From assembly GCA_965202585.1 (NCBI GenBank), contig OZ241831.1:10292001-10356000 (forward strand): 64,000 bases of DNA, read 5' to 3'. Source of the stretch: Thalia democratica (taxonomy: Eukaryota). The stretch's first letter is position 1. Every line of letters starts with the position of its first letter. Below the pieces are notes generated by a model. It was not told the DNA's origin. It saw nothing but the letters and a program-made list of their open reading frames with translations, and did no database searches. This document shows, piece after piece, positions 22,501-36,900 of this stretch. The translations under genes and the position numbers were made by a program.

Positions 22501-24625
22501 AAAAATTGTATACACACCTTTAAAAAAACTCTTGCTATAAGATTTTTACTTAAATTTACTTAGAATATATTTTTTTGATTTTAATAAAGTAGTTTGCAAC
22601 AGCTTTCTTGCACAACTTAAACTTTTTATTTATTAATTAACTTTTAGTTTCAACGAGCGAAATTTAAAATGGCTTTAAAACGATTATTTTAAACCTTATA
22701 ATTAAAAACTCTTGTGAAAGTTTGTGTTTGTTAATACAGTTGAACAATTTTAAAATCTTCAAATTAATCTCTTTAAGCGTTTTAATTGAAGCATACATCC
22801 ATAGTTGCCTTAAACATGCCTAATTTTAATATACAATTACAAAATAATTGCTACTTTTTAAGGAATGTTTGTTTTGAGTCGTGTAATAATGTTTTACTGT
22901 AATTTTATTAGGTTTCGATTAGATTTTAAACAGCTAAATCTAGATTAAGAGTATAAAAGTTTTGGTTGTATTTTAATTAAAAGTTTTCAACCAAACTATA
23001 AAATTTAAAAATAAATGCCTCAGTTTGTATGTTGATGCTGTTTTACAATTTTATTAGGTTTTATTTTAAACTACTATTACTTAGTCCTGGGCATGACGTT
23101 AAACTGTTCTGGTGTATGACTCGATAACCGAAAGATATTTTTGTACACCAGGTCCTTGGACCAAAGTTTTTGAGCATTTTTTTTAATTTGAGAGTTCAAT
23201 AAACAGCATTATGAGTAAGTATTTTATTATAAAGTTTACGTTTAAACTAAAGTTTGAAAGTTTTCTTTGAATGCCTTTTAGTGTTTTTTGTTTTACAAGT
23301 AGGTCAGTACTAATTTGGAAAACACTAATGTTGCATACCTACATTAAAAAAAATTATCAAATTGTTTATGACCGGTTGCAGTGAAAAAAAATTGACCTCC
23401 TCAGCTGACTACTAAGATAGTAAATTGTTTTATACATAATAAAAAATCAGGTAAATATTAAAAGAGCAAAAATATTTCAAGTTCAAATAACCTATATATA
23501 TAACCTATAGTATTCAAATAACCTTCTAATATATGTATAGGTTATATATTCTTCTTATTTATGTATAACTACACAAAATAGTTTCTAAACTTCAAGTACT
23601 GTTTTAGGTTTTTTAGTAATATTCCAAAAGAAAAAGAAAGTTTTGTGATTTTTATTTCTGCAGCTGAATTGTCTTGACAGTTGCAAAATCATCACACCCT
23701 GATGTGAAAACGATGTTGCATTCGACAGCGATTGCTCAATATAGATATTTGGGTCTTTTAGTATACAAATAGTGGTTTTCCATACAGTGGGGCTATACTG
23801 CAACTTCGGTTTTATTATTATTAAATTATAAATTAATCTTAGAAGACTTTTGAACTATACGACGCTTTTAGAACATGTCTAAACCGATTTAAAATTAACT
23901 ACTGTTTTATGCACATACCACCGCTGTACAACAGAAAAATGTAAGTAGAATCAGATAAAAATTTATCAATAACTGCAATTTGTACAGAATATATTTTGTT
24001 GTTGATATTTCAAAGATATGTTACATGGAGATTTATTAATACTGCAATCAATTTTATATAACGATTTAATGTGTTATTCAAAGGAAAGTAAAATTAGAGA
24101 AATATAAAGAAATTTGCTTTCTAATTTTAAAGTTTAACTGACTGAACAAAGGATGTCTAACTATGTTGTGACTCTTTGTCGACTACTTAACTCTTAAAGT
24201 ATAAGTAGATTTTATTTATTTCTCAAGATTGCTTTAGGTTTTAAAAAACCTATAAGTCGATTTTAAGACTTTTTCAACTTTAACGAACGAGAAAGTGTCA
24301 CCATAAAAAAAAAAAGTATTTTTCATAAAATTAATGGTAGAAATTATTTAAGTATGCAGTAACTTTTGAAAAATACAACTCTACTTACTGTAGTAAACAA
24401 CCACAAACAAAAAAATTTTTCAATAATAACTAAAAATTATTTGCTAACATTCTAGTATTAATTGATGGTCTTTATTGTGTAAATGTACTTTTATATGTTT
24501 AACTCATATTTTTAATGAAACCGTTTTCAAATAACACGTGTGGTCAAATTTAAGTAGTTTCCATTTTATTTTCATCTTCAGTTTTAGTGTTTACTATCAG
24601 TTAATTTTTATACATTAGTCTATAT

Positions 24626-24939
24626 CAGGGTTTCCAAAAGTGGGCCATGGCAGATACTTAGTAGGCACGAGCAGCAAAGAGGGGGGCATGAAGCCATAAT
24701 GAAGAAACTCACACTAGATATTCTCGAGCTTAAGATAAAGAACAAAAAAACAGGTCTTAAATATTTTTAATGTTAGTTTTTAGAAACTTACCCTAGCTAT
24801 TCTCGAGTTGCAGATGAAGAGCGAAAAAGGTCTTAGGTGTTTTTAATGGTAGTTTTTGAGTAACCTTGTTGAAAAGGGGGCCATGGCTTTTTTAATTTCT
24901 TTAAAGATGGCCATTTGCAAAAAAGTTTGGGAAACCCTG
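24626..24939. mobile_element. Mirror copy of the hAT MITE in the right arm, 314 bp
   Basis: Same TIRs; flanks GTCTATAT/GTCTACAA; internal ~70-bp duplication. Confidence 0.8.
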
Positions 24940-27820
24940 GTCTACAACTACTTAAGCAGAAAATCAGTATAAAAACTCAAAAAAAAATTGATAAAACTGT
25001 GAACAAATTCAAAATCACACCTTTTTGTTAATTTGAGTACAATAAATTGAAGCTTCCTTATAACATAAGTATTCAAAATAAAAACTCACAACAAAAGATA
25101 GTATACAAATAAGACAACTTAAAAGTATTATAAAATGCCTTTGAAAAATAATTTAAATAGAAACAGACAAAAACTTAAGTTTTTTAATTTTCTTTAAAAA
25201 CATTTAAAATTTATTAAAAAAAGAGTAGTTAGTGCTTGTAGTTTGACACCAATATAAATCGTTATTTATTGTCTTTAAATTTTGAACGATTCTATTTAGT
25301 TAAAATAAATAGTCAAATTTACATGATTCTTTGGTTTACTAAAAATGGGCAAGTATCAATTATGCACGAAGGGACACTTTTGCACAAATACACTTTAGCA
25401 CGGATTGAAAACTTGGTAAAATTAATCTTAATATTTTTACTTTCACTGTAACCCCTAGCCCTCGGTCGGTAACCTTTTTCCTTATTTGTTAACTATTATT
25501 TCTATTAGGTATTTGTTACCACTAACCATTTAGTCTTATAAGAAAAGTTTTGTTCTAATAATTATTTCTACTTTATGTCTGCAACTACTGAATTTTAGTA
25601 AACTATTAAAAGAATTTTTTTTGTGTAATTTTCATAAAAAAAATAAAAGATAGTTTTGAAGTACATTAATAACCAGTAAATTAAAAATGAGGTTTTTAAT
25701 TTTGCCATCAGTATACTTAAAAGTTACATAATTGTCAACTTATATTTTGTTTTAAACAAAGATTAAATATAAGCTGGTTTATTCTGTTTGGCTGAGTAAA
25801 AATTTAAACATATAAAAAAAGGACCTTGATTTATAAATTGGAATTAAACAGAAAAGTATATGAAATTAATTCATAAGGTTTGTATCTATCAATATACTTT
25901 TATGTTTGTACTAAAATTGCTTTTCTGCAAAACCAAGGCCCTTTTGTTTGACTAAAAACCGACTTCTTTTTTTTTGAGATTCAATTATAAGAAGACGTTT
26001 TTTTTGTTTGTGTAAATATGTGATCAGGAGCAAAGTTTAGGTTTAAAATTTAAATTAAAATGCGTTTAGGTTATAATTGTTGAAATGTTATCAATGTACC
26101 GCGGTACTTTTGCCTCTTTTACGTAATATTACTAATGAAAAATTCCAAAACCTTACTACTGCAGCTGTTCCTTGCTTGTATTACTAAAATTTTCGTAGAA
26201 GAATTTAAATCATAAAAAACTAATTTTATGAAAACTGTTTAGTACAAATTTACATTATACAAAAAAATCACAATTGAAAATTTTTTTAAATGGCATCTGT
26301 AAATGATTACTTAACAATTGAAATAATTACTTTTGTACAATAAAAGTCTAAAGCAGGTGAGAAAACAAATAACTAAAGAGAACACTAAAGGGTCTCTTAT
26401 TATTTTAAGGAGAGAAAACTAAAATTTAAACTTTTTTTAGGTGCATGTTATGTATTTTGTAATTCCAAATTTACTATAAATAAAATTTTTCCACAACAGC
26501 TAAACTAAGTTTAAACTAAAATTTTTAGTAATAAAATCAAATATTCAACTCATTTAAACATAAATTGTTTAAGTAAATCTTTTTGCTTGTATATAAAGAG
26601 ACGAGTTGAAGAATTAAGATCCGTTTAAAAACTAATTTAAGTAGTTTTTTTTTTAGTTTTACTTAATTAGTTATAACATTTTGAAAATTGAAGAATCTAT
26701 TTTTTGCTGGACTTTTAACTGAAAAAGAGAAAGATATTTTTTTATTCAATTTATAAGTTTTTTATAATTTATGTAAAGATCATTATTTTCACAGTAGATT
26801 ATCAAACATAAAAAACCTATCTATCTATGAAGAAATTTGGTAAACTTAACAACATAAATTATAAATTCAAACCATTCTTATTAAAATTAATAAAACTTAG
26901 CTGACGACCGTAAATAAAAACAATATTCGAAAACAAAGAATAAAACTGTTTTGTCTGTGTATAAAACTCATTTTACAAAGTTTTTTAAGATCAAATTAAT
27001 TTCGAAAGTATAATTAAATTTACGTTTTCATTGTACAACAAAAAAAAAACAGAACGATTCAATTAGGGCAGGTTCAGAAGTATGTTTATTGCAAAGCCTA
27101 AAACTAAAAATATTGCAAGACGTAAAAATAAAATTGCCTAAATGTACTAGAAAATCCACTCTACAATTTGTCGTAGAATTTGTCCAATAGGGGAACTTCA
27201 AGCTTAAGTCCCTTCCTCTTTCTGGTCTCAGTTATAATCTGCATGGGCTTGCTATTGGGATCTTCCATATCTCCTGGGAGTTCTTGCCAATGATCGAAGA
27301 CACACTGAGGGAAAGCCTGACCTCCAGTGCCGGCACGGAGTTTAGAAGTGAATCCTGTTTGAAATAAGTGAGTTGAGCAAATTAGTAAAATTTAATCAAA
27401 TTGTAAAACTTTATATTAGCAACCAAAACCAACCGAAAGACTCGTTGACAGGCAAGTAAGCCTTGACCTGGAAGAGAGGAGTTCCTGGTTGTTGGAACTC
27501 TTCAAAGACGTGACCTCTCCTTTTGTTAAGAACTCCGTAGATTCCTCCTACAGCGTTCTCTGGACACTGAATGTCAACCAAGAAAACAGGTTCAAGGAGT
27601 TTTGGCTTAGCAGTGAGCTGACAAGCGTAAAGGACACGACGAGCGGTTGGGATAATTTGACCGCCTCCTCTGTGGATAGCATCAGCGTGAAGTGCCACAT
27701 CATAAAGATCGAAACGGCAACCTCTCATGTTCTCATCGCACAAGACTCCCTGGTAATAAGAACAAAATTTAATAAATATTTAATGTGTATTTCAAAAGGA
27801 AATAGAATTTTATTTAAAAA

Positions 27821-27891
27821 TCAGGGCTCATGTAATTGCACAGCACAAAAATAAATTCTGAAGCAGAACTGGCAAATTACAGTATCATCTT
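27821..27891 (-). pseudogene. Family A snoRNA, copy 2 intron 12, partly degenerate
   Basis: C box AAGATGA, guide and D' intact, C' mutated (GTGCTGT), D CTGA. Confidence 0.65.
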
Positions 27892-28668
27892 TTTTTTTTA
27901 CTTTTTTTTACTTTTACTATCTACTAACACCTTTTTTAAAGCTGTGTTGTTGGAAATATAATACTAGTTACCTCTTTAGAAGCCCATTGGAAACCAGCAA
28001 CGACAGAATCCTTGATTTCACTCAAGTACTGGACAGCCCTGGTACAATCCACAAGCAAGTTTGGCCCATTGACATTAGGTCCGAAAGCCCAAATTTTACG
28101 GGCGTTGTTGATATCCCAATCGTATTTATCGGCCAGGAAACGTCCTCGAATCTATAAAAAATAAAAACAATTTGACTTAATATTTCAAAATCATAGTTTA
28201 GCGTTGTAGTTTAGCTTACACGTTGTATATGATACCATAACAGTTTCTTGTATTATATAAAAGCACTTAAGTTTTTAAATTGCTTATTGGTGACTTAAAC
28301 AAGACTTGATTCAAAATTTTTTGTTTACTTTAATACAACTTTTATATATTTCAAGTAAGGTTTAATATTTGTTTTAGAAACATAAATTGTTTCAATTTAT
28401 ACTGTCATTTTTGCTTACCTTTGGATCAGTTCTTGGGTTACATTCTGGGATTGCATCATCAATGTCTTTAGGGAGACCTTCTTGCAATGGTCTGGCTTTC
28501 ATGAACAATCTGTTGTGCTTGTTGGGTGATTTGGACAAACACATACGGTCTGATTGTTCAGTAACTGTTTCTCTGTATGACACGACTGGATCAGATTTCT
28601 GTAGAACAATAAAAATTGTATTAGATTAATTTGTAATTTCGAGTTTTAGTATATCAAGCATGTTGTTT

Positions 28669-28729
28669 TCAGCATTTAGGATTGTCGTCATTTTATTTCA
28701 GACCCATATCCGATAAATAATAACATCAT
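28669..28729 (-). ncRNA. Family B snoRNA, copy 2 intron 10, intact
   Basis: Identical to the 61-mers at 15272-15332 and 51541-51601. Confidence 0.85.
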
Positions 28730-29170
28730 TTTAAACATACATCTAACTCGTTGTTTTGGATATTTTCAACCTAGTTTAGTTAGTTCAAACTAGTTAAGTC
28801 TTAATATACTAAATGGTATTTATACACAAACCTTGAGTGGGATACCAGCGTGGTCTTCTTCCAAATCCTTCAAACAGATTTCCAAGTGAAGTTCACCTGC
28901 TCCAGCAACGATGTGTTCACCAGATTCTTCAATGATACATTGTACCATAGGATCGGATTTGGAAAGACGTTTGAGACCTTCGACCAATTTGGGCAAGTCT
29001 GAGGGGTTTTTGGCTTCAACGGCGACACGGACAACAGGTGAGACAGAGAATTTCATCTGTTTCATGTTGTGGGCGGTGGAAGATGTGGAAAGGGTACCTG
29101 GAAATAGCAATTAAACAGGTAAAGGTTGTAGAAATGCATGTTTTATATGTTATGCATTTTTTGTTAGAAA

Positions 29171-29228
29171 TCAGGATGCATGTAATTGTTTATCACCAAT
29201 GTATATTCTGAAGCAGAACTGGCAAATT
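29171..29228 (-). pseudogene. Family A snoRNA, copy 2 intron 9, C box missing
   Basis: Guide through D box identical to copy 3 intron 9, but upstream sequence is copy-1-like and has no C box. Confidence 0.75.
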
Positions 29229-29513
29229 TTTAATTACTTATATTTAATAAAGTTTAACTTTTAAACAAAACTTGAATACTTTATTGATATTTTTGGTTAG
29301 TCTAGAAAAATTCATGAACTAAGGCACTATTAACTTACCAGTTTTTACAAGGTACTGATCAACACCTACGAGACCGCAAATGTTACCACAAGGAACATCT
29401 TCGATGGCTTCAATGTAACGTCCCATCATAAGAATGGTTCTGTGTTTAGAAAAGGATAAAATTTATAAATTGTGCTTGAACTTAAAAATGACGATTAAAT
29501 ATGTAATATGTGC

Positions 29514-29586
29514 TCAGTTAAAGGATGAATTATTTTCCACATGTCAATCATTAGTTTAAGATTAACGAGTATACTGTAGTCATCAT
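29514..29586 (-). ncRNA. Family C snoRNA, copy 2 intron 8
   Basis: All boxes and terminal stem intact; guide ATACTCGTTAAT leaves 9 nt complementary upstream of CTTA. Confidence 0.7.
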
Positions 29587-30228
29587 AGCACATACAAATA
29601 TATCTTATAGATCAACTGGTAGTTATGTTTCGCAATTTATAATTAAAATGGTCAAATCTTGATAACACATTAAAATAAAAAGTTCTACTAATGTTTGAAC
29701 CAAATTAGAATGAATGTGTAAGTCTTAAAACACTTGTTTAGAATTTAGATTGTACTTTGATCTTCACATAACTTTCCAGTTTACTAGCTAGACTTAAACT
29801 CTTTAAAGCGATTAACATTTGTGCGTTTATCTTGTCATCTAATATATTCAATTGCTTAACTATAATGATTATAAGTTAAGGTCAACTAAAAAAAACAAGC
29901 CAACAACAAACCTCTGGATAGGCTTGACGTACAAGTCCTCTTTCTTTCCTGGGACGTAGTTTGGTCCCATAATCCTGACCTTCTGTCCAGTAGAAACTTT
30001 ACCTGCGAACACACGTCCGAAGGCATAGAAACGTCCCTTGTCAGAGGTCGGTACCATTTTGCTGACGTACATGCAAAGGGGTCCGTTGGGGTCACAGTTC
30101 TTGATGGCAACTGCAACTTCATCGTCCTGGGGTCCTTCATATAAGAGTTCCCCTCTGAAAATTAGGTCAATTGTTTAAGATAATTGTATTTAAGCATTAG
30201 AGGATAAAATTAATGTTATTTTTGAAAA

Positions 30229-30299
30229 TCAGGATGCATGTAATCGTTTATCACCAAAATAAATTCTGAAGCAGAACTGGCAAATTACAGTATCATCAT
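30229..30299 (-). ncRNA. Family A snoRNA, copy 2 intron 7, intact
   Basis: Canonical C, guide, D', C', D. Confidence 0.88.
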
Positions 30300-30655
30300 T
30301 TTTTACTAAACATTTATTTTATTCAAAAATTAATATAAAAGATAATATGTATTATATGAACTGTTTTGTTATTTTATTTTAATTTAAACTATTCAAGTTA
30401 GTAATGTTATTTTACACTTGTGTTCAATGGAAACCTTCAAGTGTAATTTAACTAAGCTTTATTTGAAAAATCTTAACTTTCAATACTTGTTATTACCTGT
30501 ATTTTTGAGCAGTTACAGGTGATGGGAGATGGATGGTGATCATCTCAAGGAGAGTGTCTCCAGCTGGGAGCCAGTGTCTCATGAAAGTCTGTAAAAAATT
30601 TACTTTATAATAAGCTACGTAATTTTCAAAATAAATTTATATAGATATGTTGTTT

Positions 30656-30716
30656 TCAGTATTTAGAGTGTCTACAAAATTGATTTAGACCCATATCCGT
30701 TAAATAGTTACATCAT
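30656..30716 (-). ncRNA. Family B snoRNA, copy 2 intron 6
   Basis: C ATGATGT, guide intact, D' CTAA, D CTGA, terminal stem intact. Confidence 0.72.
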
Positions 30717-31792
30717 CAACAACATTTAGGTTAACTTAACTAAGTTTTAAATAGTCATACACAGGTTTTCGAAATCATACAGGTATATAGAGAATTATCA
30801 AAAAAATTTAATAGATTTCATATATACTTTGGCAAGTATTAATTTCAACATTTTAACGTGACAAGTACTTTTTTAATTCAATAAATATTCAACGGATCAT
30901 GTACGGTACGCTGAATTTCTATTGTAATTTTCATAAAGTAAAACCAATCAACCTTGATTACTACATGTTATCTAAATTTTTAAAGTTATTTTTCTAAAAA
31001 CATAAATTAATAATTTAATTTATAACTGACCTTAAGAAGTTGCTTTCCGACCTTTGCTCTTTCTTCATTTTTCATAACGACTCCAGTCTTTGCGATCAGT
31101 TTATCAATTTGTTCATTGTCTTCATTCATGATAGCTTGTGTGGCCTATATACATATTTATTTAACATTTATATTGGGTTAATATTTAGTGCAAATCAGAA
31201 TTTTTTGAAACTTATAAAAGCCTATTAGTAGATTGAGTTTTGCAAAAGTACATTAAATGAATTTAAACCCACATCAAAAATTTTTTAAATTAATACTTAA
31301 ACAATTATTACTCAGCCTGTTTATAATAAATTATTACAAGTATTCTTAAACATTTCTAAATAACATATTCTGTACTAGACAAATTGTTAAAATAACTTAT
31401 CTTGATATTTAGAAATTTATTGAAGACCATTCTAAAAACTTAACTCTATTTGACTACATTAAAAATTATGAGTGTTAGATAACATAAACTCACCTTGTAA
31501 ATTGGATGAGGACAAACATACAGAAACCTCTGATGTAGCCGTCCTTCATGGACTTGCTCCATTTTTTGGTCTTAGGGTTGAAACAATTGTCACCCCAAAG
31601 CTTCTTCATCAATTTCTGCACATCAATACCAAATTTGCTGGCATACATTGTGGCAAACTGTTTCAAAGAGAAGGCCCATCCGTGAAGACCGGATCCGAAA
31701 CCAACTGTACCGTTCTCTGGGCTGACCTGTAGTATGATAAATTTAAATAACAGATTTTTCAATTAATAATTTTTATTTTATAGTTAGTTTAA

Positions 31793-31863
31793 TCACGATT
31801 TATGTTATTTTTTATCACCAAAATATTTTCTGCAGCAGAACTGGCAAACTACAGTATCATATT
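31793..31863 (-). pseudogene. Degenerate family A snoRNA, copy 2 intron 4
   Basis: C AATATGA, D GTGA. Confidence 0.65.
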
Positions 31864-32216
31864 TTTTTATTTTTATCTATCAATTACAGTATTAGTCTTC
31901 AAATACTTCTATTCGCTGATCTTTGAAAGATTATTTACCTGAATATTTCCCATTGGGCCATCTTCATCATTGTAAGTGGCAATGATGACATTTATGTTTT
32001 CAACGATCCTTTTGAAAGTCTTGTACAAAGACTCCTCATCAAGTTGCAACTCCAAAAGTGCACGGTCCATTTTGTTCATGAAAACAATTGGCTTGATCCT
32101 TTCAGAGATAGCTTGACGCAATACAGTTTCGGTCTGGACACAGACACCTGTTAAGTTTTTTGTCTTAACTATATATTTGGAAAATCATAAGAGTTTTTAT
32201 TATTAAATTTATAAAT

Positions 32217-32292
32217 GCAGGGTATGTGTAGTTGTTTATAATCAAAATAATTTCTAAAGCAGAACTAGCAAAATAAATTATCAATATCTCAT
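32217..32292 (-). pseudogene. Degenerate family A snoRNA, copy 2 intron 3
   Basis: Nearly the same lesions as 11811-11886. Confidence 0.65.
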
Positions 32293-32755
32293 TTTATTTG
32301 AAAGATTTGCCTTTAAGTACAAATCTATTAATAATTTTATTTTCTTATTGAAGACTATCATAAAAATATACAGAATTGATTTTAATTATAAGCCACATTT
32401 GTCTGTAGTTTTAGAAAAACTTTAATTAATTTTCTTTTAATTAATTTTTCAAAATCTATTATTGTTCTGTAGTTCAACTTATTTTAAGCCAAAAATACTT
32501 ACCTGAGACACAATCAACGACGACAAGAGCACCATCAGTGACACGGAGGGCAGCAGTTACCTCAGAAGAGAAATCGACGTGCCCGGGGGAGTCAATTAAG
32601 TTGATCAAGAAACCATTTCCGTCTTTTTCTTGTTTGATCCATTCCATATCAGCATCAGAAAGCTCATAGTACATGGTGATGGCACTGTAGAATTAAATAA
32701 ATATTTAGAGTTGTGTATAAATTATAAAACTAATTTGATAAATGTAATAAAATAA

Positions 32756-32820
32756 TTAAGATGCATGTGTTTGCTTGTTCACTAAAAGCTATTTACAAGT
32801 AGTACTGGTAATTAACAATT
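32756..32820 (-). pseudogene. Relic of family A snoRNA, copy 2 intron 2
   Basis: TACCAGTACT...AGTGAACAAGCAAACACATGCATCTTAA. Confidence 0.35.
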
Positions 32821-33691
32821 TCATCCTTTCCTTTTAAGATTTAGTTATAAGTATCTTAAAGTATTTTATATTATAAGTATTTTTTCAATAATAAAATTAA
32901 AGATATTAACTTATTTAATGAAATAAAATATTCTAACTTAAGTGACCAGTAATTATAAACTATACAATAAGATATACTTGACACACATTTTTTAAAATTA
33001 TAATGTTTTCGATTTGATCTAACTAGGAGCTAATTGTATTTTTTTAAGGAAACTTTTCTTTATTTTCGTAATACTCTATAAGTTTTATTGTCATTATATT
33101 GATGTATTATTTTAGTATTTACTGTATATTAAATATAATTTAGTGAATTTATATGATTTTAATTGTTACAAATTGCTTTGGTCTTGTATTAATCTTTTGA
33201 TTACTCTATGAGTACTTGGTTACTATATAAATTTATAAAATTCTATCTCTTGTTAGCTTTGTACTCTACTTATGAGAATTTGTAGAGATAAAATATATCT
33301 ACTTCTAATCGACATCTGTAAATTTTTTATTTTTTTCTACAATGGTACTAATAATTGTTCTACAGAAAAAAAATAGTTGAATTTCACTTAATATTGAAAT
33401 ATTTTAAAGGTAAAAAATGTTTACAAAATGATCACTAGATTCATATTTTTAAACTACAATAAGTGAGAAATTTATAAATTGTTTCAAGATTGAATATGAA
33501 GTTAAGTCTATGAATACTAGATAAGCGTTTTTGCTAAGAGCCTTAAAACCATTTTAAAATAACCAATAATCTAGTAATTACAGTATTTGTCTATAGTTTG
33601 TTAGAGCCTTTTGTTATAGTACGTTAATCATATTGTATATCTAATTTTTCAATAAAAACTAATAAATGACATATCATAATTTTTCAACTTA

Positions 33692-33934
<243 letters not shown>

Positions 33935-36900
33935 TTAGTACTATACCAAAAAAATTAGACAATTTTATAAAATGTAATAATTGGTATCTTAATTTTTTTA
34001 TTTAGTATGCTGAAAACTCCTTCCTAGGAATCTATTCTAAATGAAGTATTGTTTTATTTATTTTTTAATCAAACCAGGTTTGTCAGTCTTCAGTAAAAAA
34101 AACTGTTTTGAATTATCCTACTTTTTTTTCCGAAAAAAATTTAAAGCTTTTAAAATCAACAAATAATAACAAAATAGTTAAACAAAACCTTTGAATAAAT
34201 CTAGAAAAATCTGGCGTGAGATCTTAAGAAATCTCGAAAGATCCTGAGACTTTATGAATAAATATTCAAGAGTTTAAAAACACCCTGATGCATCCTTAGA
34301 CTTTTGGTAAATAGTAATTATTGTACAGGAAAAATTCAGTTTAATTTAGTATAACTTTGTCCTACATACTTATATTTCTAACACCACAATTGAATTTTTA
34401 AACAGGTTACTTAATGTGCTCCCTTTTTTCTAAAGTACTAATTAGCTATAATTGTTAAAAAGCTAGTATTTCTTTATAAATAATAACTATCTGTTATAAA
34501 CTTATCTACATGAAACTTTTTGGATCATTGTTTTTTGTACCTGATGATTTGCTTTCAGCTAAATGTGTATGACATAATTATAAATTTATAACAGTGTTTA
34601 TTTTTTAAAATCCAAAACAACAATTCATAACAAACTTTTTTTTAATTGTTTACCAACCTCTTTATTACTTCCATTTAATTTAACATAAGTTTATTTAAAG
34701 CTTTTTATTTTGCTATCAAATGTTTTTCAAGTAAAATATTAGTAAAAAAGTTTCATTAAAAAAAATTAAGTAACTGTATAGTAATTGAAATTTTAATGGT
34801 CTTTTTAATAGAAACAAAATACTTTAAATCATGAATATGTTAATTATACATTCTGGGTGTTTATTTTATAATAGAATACAATTCAATATTTTTTGAACTT
34901 TAAACATGTAAAAACTATCAAATACTCAACAGTCAACAGAGAAATGCTAATTATAGAAAGGTGAATGGTTATATATAAGAGTTGATGGACAGAAAAGCCA
35001 CTGGTTTTTAGCAAATTTCCTTAAGGTTTTCAAAGTTTCTTCTAAGTTTTTGAAAAAACTTGTTTTTAGTCTATTTTTAGTTTGAAATTAAGTTTAGGGT
35101 ATAAAACATTAAAAAAACACTGTAAAGCTACTTCAAATCTGTTTCATAATTATAAAAAATTTGATGATAACAAAAATTTTTTATCTATACAGGGTTGACA
35201 AATTTTGAGAAATTTCTTCCAGGTTTTTAAAAGTACACATTTTTGGGTCTATTTTTAGTTTAAAGCTAATTTAAAAACATTGAAAAGATTCTGTAAAGTT
35301 ACCTTAAATGTGTTTTTTAATAAAAAAATTATTTTGATGATAACAAATTTTATTTTATTTGTATGGTAGAATTTTTGGAACAAATTAAAATTTTAATAAT
35401 GAACATGTAAGAATTTTTTACAACTCCTGGTATTTTTTTTTTTTAATTCCAGGGTTTTTTAGTCTCAATTGTTAAATTCAAGGCTTTTCCAGGACTCAAG
35501 GTTTTTTGGCAACCCTATCTATATGACTAATATTTTATGTTATTGAAGTTTCATTACTTAAAATGTATAAGTTGTTTGAAATTCCAAAATTTTCAGTGAC
35601 TTTTTACCAAAATTCCAGGTGTTTTCAGGCTTAGTCAAATTCCAGGTTTTTTTAGCCTAATTTGTCAAATTACAGGTTTTCTAAAGATTTCAAGTTAGTG
35701 GCCACCTTGCATGGAAAAAACATACATTACATTCTTATAAATTAAAAAAAAAAATTAAATATCCAGATTGTGAAATTAAAATTTATTGAATCAAGCAAGG
35801 AATTAAGTCTAACATTTTAAATAAAAAGGCAAATTATATTTGAAGAGATCATGCACATCTTTCTAAAATAGTATTTTTTCACATTTTATTATGCTAAATA
35901 TAATCAGGTGTTTTTATTTCCACCCCTATCAAAAAACTTATTGAAATTTTATACTGCTTTTAAATTCATCAGTAGTAAGTTACTGAATTTTAAAAAGTAT
36001 ATTCAAGGGTCTTAAATTCTAAAACCATTTAACTTAATCATAATGAAATTTCAACTTTAGTAATTTAATTCACATTTTATTAAGCTCAATATCTATACAG
36101 GGTGGCCACTAGTTTTTTTATAACTTTCCTCCAGGTTTTCTAATTTTCTTCAAGGTTGTTTATAGTACAAGCTTCATTTAATTTTCTTATTAAAATATTT
36201 AATATGAAATAAAACAATGTTTGAATAGTAAAAATCACTGAAAAACACTGTAAAAGTACTTTGCAATTTTTACAATAAATTAAACTCAGTTTTTGTTATA
36301 TTTTATTGTTTATAGTTTTATTTTATTTTATATATTAGATATTCTTAATCAAGTCTAACATTAATTGTTCTAAACACAAAAATTTTCCAAACTCCAGGTT
36401 TTTTTTCTTAATACTTTTATTCTCCAGGTTCTAGAGTAAAATGACTACCCTGTTTATAGCTCTTGTAAAATTTTAACATCATTAACCATTTAACCTTTTA
36501 ATTGAAATGGCTATTTTTAAATTATAGTTTAAAATGTAGAGGCTGCAATATTTTGTTTAAAAATATGTTTAGCTGAATAACATAATCACTTTTAGTAAAC
36601 ATGTATGAATAATTTTTGAAACATAAATTCATTTAATATTAATTAAAAAACCTTCATATTGAATAGGCCTTTGGGAATTTGCTTAAAATTAGCCAAACCT
36701 AATTTGAGATAACTTGGTAAAGTTTATATTCAAGAAGTTTGAAGCCTACTTACAACCAGTTTAAACCTAAAAAATTAAAATAAAATAATTTCAACTCAGA
36801 AAGTTACTACCCTGATAGACCAAAAACTAGCCTGAGGTTGTGAAATAATTGCATAAAAAATTGTTAATACTTATAAACTGAACAAACTTACTAAAATCAA

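Noticed and set aside
23585-23803. 72-aa ORF in the 3' part of the right arm
   Set aside because: Not preserved in the left arm (stops and indels); no domain.
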